Virus genome (UHGV): UHGV-0210683 | From: a virus | Reading direction: 5' to 3' (one strand) | Length of the DNA: 40,225 nucleotides | Part shown: one piece after another, positions 17,874-27,947 of the stretch | Layout: each line of letters starts with the position of its first letter | Numbering within the stretch: the stretch's first letter is position 1 | Notes under the pieces: generated by a model | Told to the model about the DNA's origin: nothing | Database searches by the model: none | What the model saw: the letters and a program-made list of their open reading frames with translations, nothing else | Program-made: the position numbers and the translations under genes

Positions 17874-18241
17874 TGTTCGGAAATCTGCACCGGATTGCCT
17901 CGCGGTATATTCCGCAGCAAACCGTACTCTGGTACCGCTTCAAAAGCCGCGAGCCTGACGAACGGGGCCATGATCAGAACACGTATTATGACCCGGTTGA
18001 GGTTCGCGGGAGCTGGCAGGCGGTGGATACCCAGGACATTCAGTCTATGGGGCTTGACACCAGTCAGGTATACCGTCGTTTGTATACGTCCCACGATATC
18101 AGCGCCATTCAGCGCGGTGCTTCACCGGATTATCTGGTCTTCGGCGGCAAACGCTACGATGTGACCGGGGATGCTGACTGGTATGCACAGGACGGCTGGA
18201 AGTCGGTTATCTGCATTGAGGCAGGCAATTATGACGGATAA
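17873..18241 (+). CDS. Head closure protein
   Basis: Position and size in the neck module; TAATG coupling. Confidence 0.6.
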   Translation: MFGNLHRIASRYIPQQTVLWYRFKSREPDERGHDQNTYYDPVEVRGSWQAVDTQDIQSMGLDTSQVYRRLYTSHDISAIQRGASPDYLVFGGKRYDVTGDADWYAQDGWKSVICIEAGNYDG

Positions 18242-18746
18242 CGATGTTGAGATTGCTGTCCGGAAACAGCTTCTGGCGCAGCTGGCGCAGGCGGGTATCA
18301 ATATCCCGGTCAGGGCAGGTTTTCAGTCAGCAAAACAGGGGCGGGAAGATAATTTCGTTATGTTCTTTCCTGCAGGGGAAAATCCGCAGGGCTGGCAGAA
18401 GCGCAGTTATAACCCGCAGGGCAGTGATGCCGGTCACCTGGAAGCACAGCAGTATGAAACAATATTTCAGGTGCAGGCATTTATCACCGAATTCAGCGGT
18501 TACACCGCGAAAGATATTACGGCTGTCGTCCGGATGATCGTTAATTCGTTACCGTTTACTGAAGCACTGCGGAAACAGGGGATCGGGGTGCAGCGGGCGA
18601 CCGCCATCCGTCTCCCGTATTTTGTTAACGATCGCGGCGATTACGAACAAAACCCGTCTTTTGATTTTAATGTGACTTATACCCGCACACTCCGTCCGGA
18701 AACGGCTGCTGTTACCGCACTGTACCCGGATATTCACCGCATATAA
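18231..18746 (+). CDS. Tail terminator/neck protein
   Basis: Immediately precedes the sheath; start placed at ATG 18231. Confidence 0.6.
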   Translation: MTDNDVEIAVRKQLLAQLAQAGINIPVRAGFQSAKQGREDNFVMFFPAGENPQGWQKRSYNPQGSDAGHLEAQQYETIFQVQAFITEFSGYTAKDITAVVRMIVNSLPFTEALRKQGIGVQRATAIRLPYFVNDRGDYEQNPSFDFNVTYTRTLRPETAAVTALYPDIHRI

Positions 18747-18755
18747 GGTTTTATT

Positions 18756-20243
18756 ATGCCAATTAAACAAACCCGTTACGTCGATATCGCGTCAGCGGTG
18801 ATCGGCGCGTCTGCCGTGCCGATGCGTAAGCTGACGGCGCGGTTATTTTCCACCAATCCTAAAATTCCTGCCGGGCACGTACTGGAGTTTGCATCCGGTC
18901 AGGTTGATGAACTGCTGGGTGCTGACTCTCCGGAGGCGCAGTTTGCCCGGCAGTATTTCAGCTATGTCAGTCCGGCCCCGGTCAGTAAACCTAAAGAATT
19001 ACAGATCGCCTCTTACGAGCCGGTTGGCCGGGCACCGACTTTGTTCGGAGCAAAAGCCGGAGCTCTGGCTGATCTGAAAATGATTGCTGACGGCACGTTG
19101 TCAGTGACATTCGGCAAGGTCACCAAAAGCTACAAAGATATCGATTTATCCGAAGCCAAATCGTATGCCGATATCGCGTCACTGATTCAGGCGAAACTGA
19201 ATGCCGAAAGTGAACCGCAGTTTTCCGGGGCGTATCTGACCTTTAATGCACTCGACAGTGCATTTGAACTCAGCGGCGGCGTGCAGGAACGTGCATCTGT
19301 CAGTGTGGGGTATTCCGTTCTTGCGGATGCGATGGGGCTGTCAGCCGGACGCGCATCCGAGGGCAATCCGGCACAGACTCCGCTGGAGGCATTCAAAGTT
19401 GCGGAGCAGGTTTCGGACTCCTTCGGCAGCGCCACATTTCTGACAGACCTGTCGCTGGATCAGGCCGTCACGCTGGCACAGTACGTTGCCGGGGAGAACG
19501 TGAAATACCAGCTTCATCTGAGTGTGACAAAAGACAATGCCGAAGATTTCAGCGCAGCGCTGATCGGCACCGCGTCAACCGGCCTGAACCTGAAAACAGA
19601 AAGCGGATATTTTATCCAGGCGCTGCCGATGGCGGTGATGGCCGCCACAGATTACGACCGCACTAACGCCACCACTAACTATATGTTCCGTCAGCTCGGC
19701 GTGACATTCCCGGCGCAGGTCACCACAGATCAGGATGCGGACCGTTTCGATAAACTGCGGGTGAATTATTACGGCGAAACCGCTGTGGCTGGTTCACAAA
19801 TCCGCTTTTATCAGCGCGGCTTCCTGTGCGGCGGTAGTTCTAACCCACTGGATATGAGTGTGCATGCCAATGAGCAGTGGCTGAAAGCGTATATCGCGCA
19901 GCAGTGGTTCAGCCTGTTACTGGCAACACGCGGTATTCCGGCCAACAAAGACGGCGAAGCCCGGGCACTGATGGTCATTGCCGGTGCTGTCACCAAAGCC
20001 GTGGATAACGGCACTATCCTTGCCGGTAAAACCTTAACGGAAGTACAGAAAATCGCAGTGACGGATGCGTCCGGTGATGATCTGGCCTGGCACGATGTGC
20101 AGGACAAAGGGTACTGGTACAACGCACAGATTGTTGAAAGTACCGGTGAGAGCGGGTTACCGGAGTACGTGATGAAATACGTGCTGATTTACGGTAAGGG
20201 CGACTGGGTGCGGAAGGTCGAAGGTTCACACAATTTAGTGTAA
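18756..20243 (+). CDS. Contractile tail sheath protein (DUF3383-type)
   Basis: 495 aa, RYVDI.S.V N-terminus, VNYYG.T motif, followed by a tube-sized gene. Confidence 0.85.
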   Translation: MPIKQTRYVDIASAVIGASAVPMRKLTARLFSTNPKIPAGHVLEFASGQVDELLGADSPEAQFARQYFSYVSPAPVSKPKELQIASYEPVGRAPTLFGAKAGALADLKMIADGTLSVTFGKVTKSYKDIDLSEAKSYADIASLIQAKLNAESEPQFSGAYLTFNALDSAFELSGGVQERASVSVGYSVLADAMGLSAGRASEGNPAQTPLEAFKVAEQVSDSFGSATFLTDLSLDQAVTLAQYVAGENVKYQLHLSVTKDNAEDFSAALIGTASTGLNLKTESGYFIQALPMAVMAATDYDRTNATTNYMFRQLGVTFPAQVTTDQDADRFDKLRVNYYGETAVAGSQIRFYQRGFLCGGSSNPLDMSVHANEQWLKAYIAQQWFSLLLATRGIPANKDGEARALMVIAGAVTKAVDNGTILAGKTLTEVQKIAVTDASGDDLAWHDVQDKGYWYNAQIVESTGESGLPEYVMKYVLIYGKGDWVRKVEGSHNLV

Positions 20244-20252
20244 GGATAAAAT

Positions 20253-20705
20253 ATGAATGATGTCTCAGCAACCGGCCTTGCACTGGTGGTACAGGCCAGC
20301 AAAACATTCCCGACAGGAATTTTTATCACGCAGTTTGCGGATGACGCGGATCCGCTCGATTTACCGGCGGTGGATATTGCCCAGACCGGCATGGATATCA
20401 ACGGCAATCTGGTGAGCTGGTCAACGCCCACACCGCAGACTGTCACCATCAACGTGCTGGCGGGCAGTGAGGAAGATCAGAACCTGGCAATCCTTCTGGA
20501 AGCCAACACGGCGAAAAAAGGCCGCCGTCATGCCGGTGACATTATCACTATGGTGGCCTCTTACGGTGACGGCTCCACCACTACCGCCCGTAACGGCAAA
20601 ATCACCAACGGCAGCCGGGGAAATTCTGCCGCCAGTGCCGGGCGTCTTAAATCGAAGCAGTACACCTTTGTGTTCCAGGATTTTGACTCCACGCGTAATC
20701 GTTAA
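20253..20705 (+). CDS. Tail tube protein
   Basis: 150 aa after the sheath; ITQFADDADPLD motif. Confidence 0.8.
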   Translation: MNDVSATGLALVVQASKTFPTGIFITQFADDADPLDLPAVDIAQTGMDINGNLVSWSTPTPQTVTINVLAGSEEDQNLAILLEANTAKKGRRHAGDIITMVASYGDGSTTTARNGKITNGSRGNSAASAGRLKSKQYTFVFQDFDSTRNR

Positions 20706-20710
20706 TCACC

Positions 20711-20734
20711 GGCGGGTATGTCCCGCCTTTTTTT
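20711..20734 (+). terminator. Rho-independent terminator after tube
   Basis: GGCGGG-TATGT-CCCGCC-TTTTTTT. Confidence 0.8.
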
Positions 20735-20747
20735 ACGGAAAAAAAAC

Positions 20748-21209
20748 ATGCTGATTAAACCGAAAGAAGTTCAGATTAAAGATGTGGACGGTATTGAAAA
20801 GGCATTTGTCATCAGCCGTCTGCCTGCGGTGACCGGCCGGGAAATCCTTGCCAAATATCCGCTGTCCAATGCCCCGAAAATCGGGGATTACGAAGTCAGC
20901 AAAGAGGCGATGCTGAAAATGATGGCGTATGTATGCGCAGTGACTGACGATGGTGAAGAGATTCCGTTAAAGACACAGACGCTGATTGATAACCATGTGT
21001 CTGATGGTGAATCCCTGATCCGTCTTGAGCTGGAAATGCTGAAGTACAACACCAGTTTTTTCGGGACCGGCGGGAACTCCGGCTTCCTGCCTTTCCTCAT
21101 CAGCAAGGTCGGCAGTTCACTCCCGTCAGTTATAAAAACGCTGATGGCTTCTTTGCAGTCATCATCAGCGAAGGATTCGCCACCCTCACCGAACTCAAAA
21201 CCACAGTAG
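20748..21209 (+). CDS. Tail assembly chaperone (G)
   Basis: Between tube and tape measure genes; contains a slippery heptamer. Confidence 0.75.
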   Translation: MLIKPKEVQIKDVDGIEKAFVISRLPAVTGREILAKYPLSNAPKIGDYEVSKEAMLKMMAYVCAVTDDGEEIPLKTQTLIDNHVSDGESLIRLELEMLKYNTSFFGTGGNSGFLPFLISKVGSSLPSVIKTLMASLQSSSAKDSPPSPNSKPQ

Positions 21210-21292
21210 ATCTGGAAGAAGCGATGGACTTGTGGGAAATCGCAATCATTAACCGCTACAACGAAGCGCTGGCCGCTTCAAAGGACCGATAA
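21056..21292 (+). CDS. -1 frameshift extension of the tail chaperone (GT)
   Basis: In-phase T-TTT-TTC at 21056-21062. The -1 frame opens about 30 nt upstream and runs to TAA 21290-21292, overlapping the tape measure ATG. It encodes ATLTELKTTVDLEEAMDLWEI. Confidence 0.75.
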   Translation, partial: FFRDRRELRLPAFPHQQGRQFTPVSYKNADGFFAVIISEGFATLTELKTTVDLEEAMDLWEIAIINRYNEALAASKDR

Positions 21293-23430
21293 TGTCATTG
21301 ATGGATACCTTTGTTCAGGTCTTTGAATTTGATACCCGTCAGGCTGACAGTGCATTTGACCGTGTGCAGCGTTCAACGGATGACATTATCGACGGGATGA
21401 AGCAGGCGCAGACTGCCGCGCAGCAGGGGGCTGATTCTCTCGGCGGCGTGTTCACTGAACTCTGGCAGTCATTACAGGGGCTGTCCGGTGAGCACGCTGT
21501 TGATTTTTCCACGAATGCGGCTGATGTGGCAGAGCAGACCGGTGCGGTAAAAGCGCAGGTGGATGCGGTAACCGATTCCCTGTCTGAACTGGAATCTCAG
21601 CAGGCGGGATCAGATGCCAAATGGCAGGATATTCAGGCCTCACTGACGGGTACGGAGGCCGGTTATCAGGCGCTGGTTCAGGCAGTGGCAGCACTGAGCA
21701 GTGACACCGCCGTTCTGACGGATGAGGAGAGTCGCGGTAATGCAGTCCGGCAGCTGGCCGGTGGCATCATTAAAGCCCTGCAGGGGGATTACCGTGAACT
21801 TGGCCGGATTGCGGAGGAAGCCGGTAAAAACAGCGTTGCAGCAGGCAGCAGCGAAGTCGCGGCACAGAAAAAAGTACAGGATGCACTGAGCAAAACAGAC
21901 GAACAGTACCGGAAGGCCGGTGAATCTGTGGCCGGATTTGCCAAAAAAGCACTGACAGCCGTCGGCCTGTTTATGAGCGCCTCTGCCCTTGTCGGTGAAT
22001 CCGTTGCCCGTGCCGCTGAAATCGAATCCCTGGATAAATTCGGTAAAAAAATCAATGTTGCCACGGCAGATGTGGATGCCTTTGCCGGATCAATGGCTGA
22101 ACTCGGTGGTACCCGTGAGGCGGCACAGTCAGACATGGAAGCGATGGCGAAATCATTCGGGTTTGCCGGTAACTCCATGGAAAAAATCCTGCGGACGGCT
22201 GACAAAGTGCAGGGTATGAAATTCGATAAGGCCAAAGCCACACTCGGTGCGCTCGGTGTGTCGGATGATAAAACCGTTGAACTGATGATGAAAGGCCGCA
22301 AAGAACTCGAACGGATGATGGGGGTGCAAAAGGAATATTCCGGCATCACCAGAGAGAGCATTGAGCAGTCTGTCAAATTCAACAAATCCATGCAGAGCTT
22401 TAAGCAGTCCTCCGGTCTGCTGAAAAACAGCTTTCTGGAGATGGTGATCCCGATCCTGGCAACCGGCCTGGAATGGGTCAGTAAATTTGTCGGCTTCTGC
22501 AAAGAAAACAAAACCCTGATCACGGGATTTTTTATTGCAGTCGGTATCGCACTGGCAACCTATTACGTTCCGCCGATGCTCGCGGCTGCGGCGGCCACAC
22601 TGGCGGCAACATGGCCGATTATTGCCATTATTGCGGTCATAGCCCTGCTGGCGGCAGCGTTTGCGCTGGTGTATGACGACATCATGAATTTCATCGACGG
22701 TAACGATTCGATGATTGGCCGGATCCTGGATAAATATCCCGGACTGAAAGCCGTCATTCTGGCGCTGTGGGACGTTTTCAAAAAACTGTTTAATTTCATT
22801 ATTGATGTTGCCGTTATTGTCGGCAAAGCGGCAGCTGATGCTTTCAATCTCATTATTGACGCCGGTAAATCGTTGTGGAACTGGCTGCTCGGTTTTATCA
22901 AAAGTCTGGGGAACTGGGGAAAAAGCTTTCAGGGGGTTTTCGATAACGTCTCCAATGCTGTGGTTGGTATTTTCAAATGGCTGTGGAAACAGATAGAAGC
23001 TTACCTTGGCTGGATCAACAAAGGGCTGAATAAGATTAAAGAGGGCTGGGCGGCCTTTAAAAGCTGGTTTGGTGCCGGTGATGATGATATTGAGGTTGAC
23101 CAGACCGTTAACCGCACGGTGAATGAACAGGGGCAGATTGGGTACGACATGCCACCTGAAAAAACGATCAGTGAGGAGGACGCGGCAAAAATGGCGCAGG
23201 CCATGACCGCACATCTTTACGGTGTGTCAAATGACCCTATGAATCCTGTCACCAGTCAGGCGATCAGCAATCAGTCGACGACCAGTAATGAAACAAACAT
23301 CAGTATCGGTGAACTTAAGGTCGAAACACAGGCAACGGATGCACAGGGTATGGCGGCGGGAGCCAAAGATGCACTCGGATCTCAGTTGCAGGACTTTGGA
23401 CATCAGACAAATACGGGGCTGGGGAAATGA
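21292..23430 (+). CDS. Tape measure protein
   Basis: 712 aa, Ala-rich and helical, hydrophobic segment, Trp/Phe-periodic repeats. Confidence 0.88.
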   Translation: MSLMDTFVQVFEFDTRQADSAFDRVQRSTDDIIDGMKQAQTAAQQGADSLGGVFTELWQSLQGLSGEHAVDFSTNAADVAEQTGAVKAQVDAVTDSLSELESQQAGSDAKWQDIQASLTGTEAGYQALVQAVAALSSDTAVLTDEESRGNAVRQLAGGIIKALQGDYRELGRIAEEAGKNSVAAGSSEVAAQKKVQDALSKTDEQYRKAGESVAGFAKKALTAVGLFMSASALVGESVARAAEIESLDKFGKKINVATADVDAFAGSMAELGGTREAAQSDMEAMAKSFGFAGNSMEKILRTADKVQGMKFDKAKATLGALGVSDDKTVELMMKGRKELERMMGVQKEYSGITRESIEQSVKFNKSMQSFKQSSGLLKNSFLEMVIPILATGLEWVSKFVGFCKENKTLITGFFIAVGIALATYYVPPMLAAAAATLAATWPIIAIIAVIALLAAAFALVYDDIMNFIDGNDSMIGRILDKYPGLKAVILALWDVFKKLFNFIIDVAVIVGKAAADAFNLIIDAGKSLWNWLLGFIKSLGNWGKSFQGVFDNVSNAVVGIFKWLWKQIEAYLGWINKGLNKIKEGWAAFKSWFGAGDDDIEVDQTVNRTVNEQGQIGYDMPPEKTISEEDAAKMAQAMTAHLYGVSNDPMNPVTSQAISNQSTTSNETNISIGELKVETQATDAQGMAAGAKDALGSQLQDFGHQTNTGLGK

Positions 23431-23957
23431 TTACGGAAGTGAAGATATTTGATACGGAATCCTTCACTACGCTGTTTGAGTCAGTAAATCCCGTTCAGTT
23501 GAACGTCCGGGATGAGCATAAGGCGACGCAGTTTCAGGTGGAATCCGGTGAAACCCGCAGTGACCATGTTGTGATTAACCCGGTGGAAATCGGTATGGAT
23601 CTGATACTCACCGGCGAACTGAAAGACGCTTTTGAAGCCATGCAGCAGGCTTACGATCAGCATCAGCTTGTCGGTATTCAGACCAGGGTAAAAACCTATC
23701 AGCCGATGCTGATAGTGAATTTTTACCACGATGAAATCCCGGATATGGCGGACGCGGTGAAACTCTCCCTGCGCTTTACCGAATGGCGGACGGTTGAGCC
23801 GGAATACGGTGAACTGCCGCCGCGCAAAGTTGCGAAGAAAGGGCAGAGCAGTACGGTTAACAGAGGTAAAGTCCAGACAAAAGAGGCAGACGCCGCCACG
23901 AAGAAAAAAGGATCTGTTGCAACCCGTATCGCAGATGGTGACTGGAGTCTTTCATGA
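23427..23957 (+). CDS. Baseplate/tail-tube initiator protein
   Basis: T.F.VESG...SDH...NP motif; follows the tape measure gene. Confidence 0.7.
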   Translation: MITEVKIFDTESFTTLFESVNPVQLNVRDEHKATQFQVESGETRSDHVVINPVEIGMDLILTGELKDAFEAMQQAYDQHQLVGIQTRVKTYQPMLIVNFYHDEIPDMADAVKLSLRFTEWRTVEPEYGELPPRKVAKKGQSSTVNRGKVQTKEADAATKKKGSVATRIADGDWSLS

Positions 23958-24247
23958 AAATCATACCACTGAATGCGGCTCCCAATCAGCGTCTGCGGGT
24001 TACCCTGGACGGACGGGAATGGGAGCTGACGATTAAAGCCGCACGGCGTGTGATGTGCTGTGATATCCGGTGTGATGACCGGGTGATTGTTCAGGGAATA
24101 CGTATTGTTCCGGGGCAGCCGCTGATACCGTACCGCCATCTCACTCACGGCGGTAATTTTGCTCTGCTGACAGAGGGGGATGAACTTCCGTGGTGGGAAC
24201 TGTTTGAAAAAACACAAACACTGATTTATTGGGGGAGCGATGATTGA
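23954..24247 (+). CDS. Baseplate protein
   Basis: IPL...PNQ.L.V.L motif; ATGA coupling. Confidence 0.65.
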   Translation: MKIIPLNAAPNQRLRVTLDGREWELTIKAARRVMCCDIRCDDRVIVQGIRIVPGQPLIPYRHLTHGGNFALLTEGDELPWWELFEKTQTLIYWGSDD

Positions 24248-25055
24248 TTTGCGCCGGATCCGCTGCGGCATTGAACTTAACGGGCGTATGCAGTGGTATG
24301 AGGGATTACGCATCCGGGCCGGGGGCACCAAATATGCCAATCCGCTGCAGAACGAATGCACGGTGAATATTGACGGACTTAACGCGGAAACCCGCACTAT
24401 GCTGCTGACCGAAACCAGTCCGTTCGCTGGTAATAAATCCTCACCCCGGATTGTTGTTGAGGCCGGTCGGGCCGGTAGCGGTATTTTCCGGATCTACACC
24501 GGCGATATTGTCAGTGCTGAAATCTCGTCGCCACCGGATGTGACGCTGACACTGAAAGCGAAAACCAATAATGCCAGCGCCCGGGACATTGTGTCACCGG
24601 AAGGTAAGCAACTGGCCAAAATGAGTGAGATTGCGGCCGATATTGCCCGTGACTGTAACGTGACCCTGAATTTTCAGGCAACGGATAAAAATATCGGTAA
24701 CTGGTATTTCTGCGGTCCGGCGCTGAAACAGGTTGAACGGCTGCAGGAAGCCGGAAATGTGAAAGCGTTCATTGATGATGATGTGCTGTATGTCAAAGAC
24801 AGTGATAAGGCACTTTCCGGAAGACTGCGGATCCTCAGTCAGAAAAGCGGCATGGTCGGTATACCGAAAGCCACGGAGAAGGGGGTTGATGTCACCTACC
24901 TTATCGACGGGGAATCCTCCCTCGGCGGCATGCTGCGTCTGGACAGTAAATATAACCCCGCCCTGAACGGGGATTACATTATCGAGCAGCTCAAATTCGA
25001 TATTGCTTCTCACGACGATCCTTTCTTTTATCAGGCAACCTGCAAACGGGCCTGA
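24240..25055 (+). CDS. Baseplate hub protein
   Basis: EAG, Y.GDI, GMVG.P motifs; position before the spike. Confidence 0.75.
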   Translation: MIDLRRIRCGIELNGRMQWYEGLRIRAGGTKYANPLQNECTVNIDGLNAETRTMLLTETSPFAGNKSSPRIVVEAGRAGSGIFRIYTGDIVSAEISSPPDVTLTLKAKTNNASARDIVSPEGKQLAKMSEIAADIARDCNVTLNFQATDKNIGNWYFCGPALKQVERLQEAGNVKAFIDDDVLYVKDSDKALSGRLRILSQKSGMVGIPKATEKGVDVTYLIDGESSLGGMLRLDSKYNPALNGDYIIEQLKFDIASHDDPFFYQATCKRA

Positions 25056-25068
25056 CACGGGCAAAACA

Positions 25069-25761
25069 ATGAACAAACCAAACAGTGACCAGGCGAATGA
25101 CGGCAGTCTCGCCGGGCAGTTTATGGCTGCGTTCCGTAATCTGCTGATGAATATTGATGACATGCTGCCTGCAGTGGTCGTGAGTTACGACGATGCGACA
25201 AACCGGGCGGTAATCAAACCGCTGGTGATGATGGTCACCACGGAAGGGAAGCGGATCGGGCGTGGCGCACTGCCTAATATCCCGGTATTCCGGTTTGGCG
25301 GCGGCGGGTTCTTTATCCGGATGCCGGTAAAGCCGGGGGATTTCGGCTGGCTGAAAGCGAACGACCGGGATATCAGCCTGATTTTTCAGCGCGGCGGCCT
25401 GGAGGATGAACCGAATACGGCCAGGCTGCATACATTCAGTGATGCCATGTTTTTCCCTGACACGCTCAAAGGCTGGGTGATCGACGGCAAAAACGCGGAC
25501 GCACTGGTGGTGCAGTCAACTGACGGTTCTGTGTGCTTATCCCTGCATAATGATAAAGCCGTCTTTGACGGCCCGAAATTTATCTCTAATGCGCCGGAAA
25601 ACGAATTTAACGGCAATGTGATCGTCAACGGCAACCACGCCGTAAACGGTAACAGTGAATCAAACGGCGGCACTATGACGCATAACGGTAAAAATATCGG
25701 GTCTACCCATAAACATTCAGGTGTTCAGGGTGGCAATAGTGATTCAGGAGAGCCGGTATGA
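25069..25761 (+). CDS. Baseplate central spike (gp138/gpV-like)
   Basis: OB-fold-like N-terminus, beta-helix repeats, terminal H-x-H (STHKHSGVQGG). Confidence 0.85.
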   Translation: MNKPNSDQANDGSLAGQFMAAFRNLLMNIDDMLPAVVVSYDDATNRAVIKPLVMMVTTEGKRIGRGALPNIPVFRFGGGGFFIRMPVKPGDFGWLKANDRDISLIFQRGGLEDEPNTARLHTFSDAMFFPDTLKGWVIDGKNADALVVQSTDGSVCLSLHNDKAVFDGPKFISNAPENEFNGNVIVNGNHAVNGNSESNGGTMTHNGKNIGSTHKHSGVQGGNSDSGEPV

Positions 25762-26102
25762 AGACCTTTGATGTTAACGGGAATAACGATCTGCTCACCG
25801 GAAACGACGGCAATATTGCCATTGTCAGTGGTGAACCGGCGGTAAAAAACGTTTGTGCGCAGTATGTGAAAGCACTGCGCGGGGAAATGCTGCACAAACA
25901 GGATAAGGGGATCCCGTACTGGAAAACCACCTTCGGGCGACAGGCTGATCTGCCGCTGTTTGAATCCGCGTTCCGCGAGCGTATGCGGGAAATTCCGCAG
26001 GTGACCGCCGTCGTGTCTTTCAGAGCCACGCTGAATGATAACGAACTGAACTATGTGGCTGTCCTGCAGACAGAATACGGGAGCATTACGTTAAATGGCT
26101 GA
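25758..26102 (+). CDS. Baseplate wedge subunit (gp25-like)
   Basis: RGE......GIPY and terminal T.YG motifs. Confidence 0.7.
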   Translation: MKTFDVNGNNDLLTGNDGNIAIVSGEPAVKNVCAQYVKALRGEMLHKQDKGIPYWKTTFGRQADLPLFESAFRERMREIPQVTAVVSFRATLNDNELNYVAVLQTEYGSITLNG

Positions 26103-27282
26103 CTATAAATACATTACCTCATCCGGTGTGATTATTCCGGATACCGCAGAACTGCGGGCGGCAGTTGAGGATGAATTCAGAGCCGTATTTGGTCAGGATC
26201 TGGATGTCTCCCCGGAAACCCCGCAGGGGGCGCTGATCACAATGGAAACGGAAAACCGTGATGCGGTAGTCCGTAATAATGCGGAACTGGCAAACCAGAT
26301 TAACCCGGACATTGCCGGCGGTGTTTTTCTGGATGCCATCTGGGCGCTGATGGGCGGACAGCGCTGGGATGCCACTCAGTCGATACTGACGCAGGTTGAA
26401 TTCGGCGGCGTCCCCGGAACTATCATCCCGAAAGGTTCACTGGCTGAAACGCAGGCCGGTAAGCAGTTCGCTACCACAAAAACGCTGATTATCGGTAAAG
26501 ACGGGAAAATAACCGGCGATCTACGGGCGGTTGAAACCGGGCCTGTTGAGTGCCCGGCCGGTAAATTAAACACGGTAGCAAGTTCGGTTCTTGGCTGGGA
26601 AACGGTATCCAACCCGACCAGTGCGGTATTGGGGCGTGTTGCCGAATCTGATTTACAGTCCCGCCGCCGCCGGAAACTGACACTGGCAAAAAATACCGTC
26701 AGTGTCGGTGAGGCGATTACCTCCGCGTTATATGAGCTGGAAGGCGTCCGTTCGCTGGCATACCGCGAAAATTATACTGATACCCCGATGAGCCTGGACG
26801 GGATCACTCTGGTGCCGCACAGCGTATACGTGTGTGTTGAGGGCGGGGAAAGCGGGGAAATTGCCCGAGCTCTGCTGCGCACCAAAACGATCGGAGCGGC
26901 TTTCAACGGCAGTGAGGAGGTTGAGGTACCGGAGCCCGTCAGCGGACAGACCTATACCGTAAAATTTGACCGGGCAAAAGAGATAGTCCTGTTCTGCCGC
27001 GTGACAGTGAAAAAAACATCACTGGATGCGCAGACGGTTATTCCGGCGGCGGTTGAGTCATGGGCCGGGGGCGAAACGGAAGGGGATGGAGGGCTGGTTG
27101 TCGGCCGCGAAGTTTCCCCGTTTGAAATATCGGCCGGTATTAATGTTTCTGAGCCGCGTTTGTTTGTCACACGGGTGGAACTGTCAACTAACGGCACGGA
27201 CTGGTCATCCGATACTTACCCGGTAAAGCTGACTGAGGTTGCCAGAATCAGCCGCAGTGCGGTGCAGGTGGTATTTGTATGA
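26095..27282 (+). CDS. Baseplate J-like protein
   Basis: TPQG, ESD...R.R, EN.T, PHSV...VEGG motifs. Confidence 0.85.
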   Translation: MADYKYITSSGVIIPDTAELRAAVEDEFRAVFGQDLDVSPETPQGALITMETENRDAVVRNNAELANQINPDIAGGVFLDAIWALMGGQRWDATQSILTQVEFGGVPGTIIPKGSLAETQAGKQFATTKTLIIGKDGKITGDLRAVETGPVECPAGKLNTVASSVLGWETVSNPTSAVLGRVAESDLQSRRRRKLTLAKNTVSVGEAITSALYELEGVRSLAYRENYTDTPMSLDGITLVPHSVYVCVEGGESGEIARALLRTKTIGAAFNGSEEVEVPEPVSGQTYTVKFDRAKEIVLFCRVTVKKTSLDAQTVIPAAVESWAGGETEGDGGLVVGREVSPFEISAGINVSEPRLFVTRVELSTNGTDWSSDTYPVKLTEVARISRSAVQVVFV

Positions 27283-27941
27283 CACAGACTATTCAGCAGT
27301 TAACATTTCACTCCGACCTTCTGAGGGCGATCCTGTGGCAGTACGAAGGAGCGGATAATCTGAAAGCGCTGGCCCGTTTTAAATCGGACTGGTTTGAACG
27401 GGCAACCGTCAGTTTCTGGCAGAACTGGTACCGCGATGTGTTTAATATCGATACAGCCGGTGATTTCGGGTTGTCGGTATGGTCCCGCATTCTCGATGTT
27501 CCGCTGGGGATTGATATCCCGCCGAGCGACAAAGCAAAAATCGGTATCGGATTCGGTAAAAAGAAAGCCAATTTCCGGGCAAACTTCCGGCGTAATGCGG
27601 ATTATACCCTGTCGCTGACACCGGAACAGAAACGGCTGATTATCCGGATGCGGTACTTTAATCTGACCCAAAGCCCGACGGTCACCAATATCAATGAATT
27701 TCTTAAGCGTTTTTTCTGGAATGAGGACAGTACAGTCTTTGTGCTGGATCCGCTCGATATGACGTACATGTATTACGTTTTCAACTTTAATCCGGATGAG
27801 CGTCTGCGCGTTTTGCTGGAAAACTTCGATCTGATGCCGCGCCCGTCCGGGGTGGGTGTCAAATACCGTATTGTGGCGAAAAAAGCCTTCGGCCACGGCG
27901 AACACCGTAAAAACTTCCTGGAAAGTAACTTCGGAGAATAA
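27279..27941 (+). CDS. Baseplate wedge protein (DUF2612-type)
   Basis: FNIDTA..FGL.VW.RIL and PRPSGV motifs. Confidence 0.8.
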   Translation: MTQTIQQLTFHSDLLRAILWQYEGADNLKALARFKSDWFERATVSFWQNWYRDVFNIDTAGDFGLSVWSRILDVPLGIDIPPSDKAKIGIGFGKKKANFRANFRRNADYTLSLTPEQKRLIIRMRYFNLTQSPTVTNINEFLKRFFWNEDSTVFVLDPLDMTYMYYVFNFNPDERLRVLLENFDLMPRPSGVGVKYRIVAKKAFGHGEHRKNFLESNFGE

Positions 27942-27947
27942 TCCCCC

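Noticed and set aside
21789..23214. Long minus-strand ORFs (244 and 353 aa)
   Set aside because: Antisense shadows of the tape measure gene.
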